Positions 60,350 through 64,000 of a DNA stretch of 64,000 nucleotides are shown one piece after another. Numbering within the stretch: the first letter of the stretch is position 1; the number at the start of each line of letters is the position of its first letter. Position numbers and translations under genes: made by a program. Under the pieces are notes generated by a model. It did no database searches. It was not told the DNA's origin and was given only the letters and a program-made list of their open reading frames with translations. Source of the DNA: an uncultured Candidatus Saccharibacteria bacterium (GTDB lineage Bacteria > Patescibacteriota > Minisyncoccia > 2-02-FULL-40-12 > GWA2-44-9); assembly GCA_964513645.1 (NCBI GenBank), contig CAZENF010000001.1, forward strand, positions 7,303 to 71,302. Direction: 5' to 3'.

Positions 60350-60766
60350 TTATTTACTGCAATTCCCGGCCAGAGAATATCCCGCCGCTTCAGCTTCAGC
60401 GGCTGTATTGAACCAGATTTGGTTTGCTTGAGTTATCCTTTTCCAGGTTCCGCACCAGGTATAAAAATATTTTTTAGTCTTGGAGGATTTTGAAGCAACG
60501 ACCCGCAGATCAAGGGGTTTAGGGGTTATTTTTGGTGTTGGCTGAACTGTTTCCGCCGACTGCGAAGCTACCGCTGAATCACTGCCTGGCTCAGACCAGA
60601 CCGCCGCTTTATACACATCAGCACCTTCGGATATTTTAACCGAATCCGCGCCACGGGCATTAATTTTACCGAGATTGTAGCTGATAAATGAGATGAGAAG
60701 AACACAAATTCCCATGAATATCTGGTATTGATACTGTTTGACTAATTCAAATAATTTTGATAGCAT
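60350..60766 (-). CDS. Membrane-anchored protein with Ada-metal-binding-like C-terminal domain
   Basis: TM, then VASK....YFYTWC....I...N.IWF....AEAAGY. Confidence 0.7.
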   Translation of the reverse strand: MLSKLFELVKQYQYQIFMGICVLLISFISYNLGKINARGADSVKISEGADVYKAAVWSEPGSDSAVASQSAETVQPTPKITPKPLDLRVVASKSSKTKKYFYTWCGTWKRITQANQIWFNTAAEAEAAGYSLAGNCSK

Positions 60767-60830
60767 AATATAGTTATTTTCTTATTGTGGGTTCCCCGCC
60801 CCATCTGGAATGACATTTATTTAACATACT

Positions 60831-60963
60831 ATTTTCGAACTGTAAATTCGACTGCGTCTTGTCTCATAAATATCCGGCAAAATCCGGCCAAATGTGGCGG
60901 GACGCCATATTGTAGTGAAATTTTCATCACTACAAGGAGTTCGAAAATTTCAACAATATGGCG
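60831..60963 (+). promoter_or_regulatory. Structured rpmA leader with two alternative folds
   Basis: 60831-60841/60938-60948 versus 60903-60925/60943-60963 pairings. Confidence 0.55.
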
Positions 60964-61236
60964 CATACAAAAGCTATCGGCTCGACTCAACTCGGTAGAG
61001 ATTCGCAGCCGAAGTATTTAGGAGTTAAACTATATGACGGACAAAAAGCCCACCCGGGCAGTATTGTCATACGCCAAAGAGGAACAAAGTTCGTTCCTGG
61101 CAAAGGAGTCCGCCAGGGTTCAGATGACACTATCTATTCTGTTGTTGATGGTACAGTTAAATTCACTACTAAGAAAAAGACTCGTTACGACGGCACCAAA
61201 CGTCTGGTAAAGATAGTAAATGTCCTAGCTAACTAA
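60958..61236 (+). CDS. rpmA: 50S ribosomal protein L27
   Basis: MAHTKAIGST..GRDS..KYLGVK, IVIRQRGT. Confidence 0.97.
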   Translation: MAHTKAIGSTQLGRDSQPKYLGVKLYDGQKAHPGSIVIRQRGTKFVPGKGVRQGSDDTIYSVVDGTVKFTTKKKTRYDGTKRLVKIVNVLAN

Positions 61237-61260
61237 AAATCCCCGCGAGGGGATTTTTAG
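61233..61260. terminator. Bidirectional terminator between rpmA and rplI
   Basis: ctaaaaatcccc-gcga-ggggatttttag. Confidence 0.8.
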
Positions 61261-61261
61261 T

Positions 61262-61717
61262 TTAAGCTGCTTTCACAACCACCTTGAGCTCAACTTTCAT
61301 ACCCGGCACAAGTTCAACTTCTATCATGTGCTCACCGGATTGTTTGATATGTTCGCCGTGTTCTTTGAGGTCGATATGATTGGCTTCAACCTTTCCGCCG
61401 ATAACTTTTGAGATCTCTCCCGCAACTTCTTCTTTGCCTACGGAAGCGAATAATTTGCCGGTCTTTGAGGCTTTTTTGGTGAATTCGAGCACGATATCTT
61501 TGGCCTTAGCGGCGACTTCTTTGGCTCTCGTCATAGCTATTTTTTCATCAACTTCGCCTTTTCTTTTAAGGGCCTCCGTTTCTTTGACGGTAATTTCATC
61601 GGCAAGCTTGGCCAATTTATTGGCTATCAGATAATTCCTGCCGTAACCGTCGGCAACGTTCTTGATATCCCCTGCCCGTCCGATATTTTTAACATTTTTA
61701 AGTAAGATAACTCTCAT
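61262..61717 (-). CDS. rplI: 50S ribosomal protein L9
   Basis: [30 protein letters not shown]. Confidence 0.96.
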   Translation of the reverse strand: MRVILLKNVKNIGRAGDIKNVADGYGRNYLIANKLAKLADEITVKETEALKRKGEVDEKIAMTRAKEVAAKAKDIVLEFTKKASKTGKLFASVGKEEVAGEISKVIGGKVEANHIDLKEHGEHIKQSGEHMIEVELVPGMKVELKVVVKAA

Positions 61718-61779
61718 AATCTTGAAAGATTAACATAAAATATATTTTAAGGTCAATAATAAAACCCGCCAATGCGGGT

Positions 61780-61980
61780 TTAAATTATCCAAACCTTCTC
61801 TATTTCTCCGGCCTTATTTATGATCGCTAATTCTTCGTCTTTTTTACGAGCTTCATATATCTTGTTAAATATTTGAATGCCTTTTCGAATGATATCTGCT
61901 TTACTCACATTCATTTCTTCGGCCATTTTATCAGCCATTTCATTAACCTGACAAGAAAGACGGACCTGAAAATTAGGCAT
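61780..61980 (-). CDS. Ribbon-helix-helix (CopG-like) protein
   Basis: FQVRLS beta strand, then MA...NVSKADIIRKGI. Confidence 0.7.
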   Translation of the reverse strand: MPNFQVRLSCQVNEMADKMAEEMNVSKADIIRKGIQIFNKIYEARKKDEELAIINKAGEIEKVWII

Positions 61981-62053
61981 TCTTTTATCCCTTAAAAAAC
62001 TACAAAATATTATATACCAAATATACTATTTTGTAAATGGAGTGCTACTAGTG

Positions 62054-63277
62054 CTATTTTAACAATTGAAGGGCTTTATCCAATTGTGGGTCCTTGCCCG
62101 GAGTGCCAAATTCTAAACTCGCGGTCGGATAGGTTGAGATCGGGACAACAACGTCCGGATCAATGCCAAGCTGGGTTATTGAACGGCCTTTCGGCGTCAA
62201 CCATTTGGCGACGGTAACTTTCAATGAGGAGCCATTGTCGTAATTTTCAAGTTCTTGGACCGAGCCCTTGCCGAAGCTTTTTTCTCCAACTAACTGAACC
62301 GGCCGGTTATCATGCAGGGCACCTGACAAAATTTCTGAAGCCGAAGCCGAACCCCCGTTTATCAAAATTATCGTCGGGTATCCCCTAAGCGCACTATTAC
62401 CGTCGCTCTTGAATTCCTGTCTTGAACCGTCCTTGAATTCTTCCATCGTTACCACCTGGCCCTTGTCGAGCATCCAACCGGCCAGATCTATTGCAGACTC
62501 AAGCAAACCGCCAGGATTATTTCTTAGATCGATGACTATACCCTTGGCTGGTGATTTTAATATTTCTTGAGCCGCATTTTCAAAATCAGTATCAACGTTC
62601 TGACTGAACTCGTAGATTTGGATATAGGCGATATTGTTGTTCATCATCTGCCATTTTAAGGCCGGAACCCTGATCTTCTCCCTGACCAAGGTCACATCAC
62701 GGCTTTTCTTATCTCCTTCGCTTATGACATTCAACAAAACCTTGGTCCCGATCTGGCCACGGATCATCCCGACAACCTCATCAATAGAATAATTACTCGT
62801 TTCTTTCGAGTCAACTTTAAGGATCTTATCGCCGGCTTTTATTCCCGCTTTATAGGCCGGAGTATCTTTAATCGGAGCAATTACGGTAACATAGCCGTTC
62901 CGTTCACCCAATTCCATACCCACTCCGCCAAAAGCGCCGTTTATCTGTTCCTGAAACTTCTGACTTACGACCGGTTTAAAGAAAACCGTATAAGGATCAC
63001 CGACGCTTTTAACCATGCCATCTATCGCCCCGTAAAGTAATTCTTGCATGTCGAGCTTATTCGGATCGACGTATTTTTCGTGAAGGGAATTCCAAACTTG
63101 CCAGAACAAAGAAAAATCAACGTCCTTGGGTTTGCCCTTGTCCTGATTAATTAAGGTCCGGATAATCGGTATCGAGCCCACGGCCTGAAGATTGCTGAAC
63201 CAAATACCACCGCCAAAACCTGCGGCTAAAGATACAAAAATAGCAACAATTAATATTTTTCTTCCTGAAGGAGTCAT
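62054..63277 (-). CDS. C-terminal processing peptidase S41 (CtpA-like)
   Basis: DPYT, PDZ, DLRNNPGG, SASASEI, FGKGSVQ. Confidence 0.94.
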   Translation of the reverse strand: MTPSGRKILIVAIFVSLAAGFGGGIWFSNLQAVGSIPIIRTLINQDKGKPKDVDFSLFWQVWNSLHEKYVDPNKLDMQELLYGAIDGMVKSVGDPYTVFFKPVVSQKFQEQINGAFGGVGMELGERNGYVTVIAPIKDTPAYKAGIKAGDKILKVDSKETSNYSIDEVVGMIRGQIGTKVLLNVISEGDKKSRDVTLVREKIRVPALKWQMMNNNIAYIQIYEFSQNVDTDFENAAQEILKSPAKGIVIDLRNNPGGLLESAIDLAGWMLDKGQVVTMEEFKDGSRQEFKSDGNSALRGYPTIILINGGSASASEILSGALHDNRPVQLVGEKSFGKGSVQELENYDNGSSLKVTVAKWLTPKGRSITQLGIDPDVVVPISTYPTASLEFGTPGKDPQLDKALQLLK

Positions 63278-63279
63278 TT

Positions 63280-64000
63280 TTATGCGGATAAATTCGGTAC
63301 AGACAAACCGTGCTTCTTAAAATACCTCAAAGCATCCATGAGATGCCAGCGCGTTTCTTTTCTTAAAAAAATATCGGTCAAAATAAATCTACCTTTCGAA
63401 CCACGCTTATGGTAATGATACATTTCAGAATACGGATAATAAATTACCTTATATCCATTTTCCCAGAATCGCCTGGCCCAGTCAACGTCGGTCATGTATA
63501 AAAATAGGTCTCCGTCCATCAGGCCCACATCATCAACCGCTGCACGGCTTGCCATGATAGCCGAACCCATCAGCCAGTCAACTTTGGCCGGTTTCGAAAG
63601 GTCAGAATCGTTCATCAGGAAATGTTCGAGGTATTTTTTGCCAGGCGGAACAAGGCCCAAGAAAGTTCGGCGACAAAGCATGGTTAAAGGAGTATAGAAC
63701 CTGAAGCATGAATTTTGAGCCGTCCCGTCAAAATTCAAAAGCTTGGGACCAGCCAAACCAACATCTTTGTTCTTGGTCATATAATTATAAATATTTTCTA
63801 TCGCGCCTTTGATCGGAATAATATCCGGATTGAGAATGAGAAAATAATCTCCCGAAGCGGCTTTAATACCCTCGTTCACACCCCGAGTGTAGCCGATATT
63901 TCCGTCAAAAGCCCACAGAATAGTATCTGGAAATTCTTTGACCACATTTCTCGTCTCGGGAGAACTAGCCGAGTCAACCACAATTATTTCATGATAAAAA
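63280..64000 (-). CDS. GT2 family glycosyltransferase, 5'-truncated by window edge
   Basis: EIIVVDS, N.G...G.N.G, LNPD, DWLMGS, FLYMTDVD. Confidence 0.9.
   Translation of the reverse strand, partial: FYHEIIVVDSASSPETRNVVKEFPDTILWAFDGNIGYTRGVNEGIKAASGDYFLILNPDIIPIKGAIENIYNYMTKNKDVGLAGPKLLNFDGTAQNSCFRFYTPLTMLCRRTFLGLVPPGKKYLEHFLMNDSDLSKPAKVDWLMGSAIMASRAAVDDVGLMDGDLFLYMTDVDWARRFWENGYKVIYYPYSEMYHYHKRGSKGRFILTDIFLRKETRWHLMDALRYFKKHGLSVPNLSA

Noticed and set aside
152-63697. Numerous 60-150 aa ORFs antisense or out of frame within conserved genes
   Set aside because: No recognisable motifs and fully nested in confident CDSs.

Overview
This 64-kb window is AT-rich bacterial chromosome using the standard code (TAA, TAG and TGA all end conserved genes). 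The compact housekeeping genes, short AlaRS and ProRS, degenerate PriA, archaeal-type Cmk and many near-leaderless genes suggest a Patescibacteria/CPR, probably Parcubacteria, genome; this assignment is inference. It carries translation genes (alaS, proS, lysS, serS, gltX, frr, efp, fmt, def, typA, rpmA, rplI, 4 tRNAs), envelope genes (PBP1A, mreBCD-mrdA, ftsQ, murB, M23, CtpA, GT2), rny, hup, greA, dut, priA, ndh, and many small orphan genes. No CRISPR array, rRNA, integrase or transposase was seen. Best leads: (1) a ~150-nt structured element with compensatory base changes, in three copies, each in sense just upstream of a start codon (hup, a PD-(D/E)XK nuclease, typA); (2) adenosine deaminase plus NMP kinase divergent from two paralogous stand-alone PPDK/ATP-grasp-like genes; (3) a tRNA-Gly-anchored array of 76-bp direct repeats alternating with orphan genes; (4) a mini-6S-like rod before greA and a two-state leader before rpmA; (5) two foldback elements with related 14-bp inverted ends flanking a frameshifted gene; (6) a cyclic-phosphate-processing receiver gene wedged between two tRNAs. 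All structures were paired by eye, not computed.
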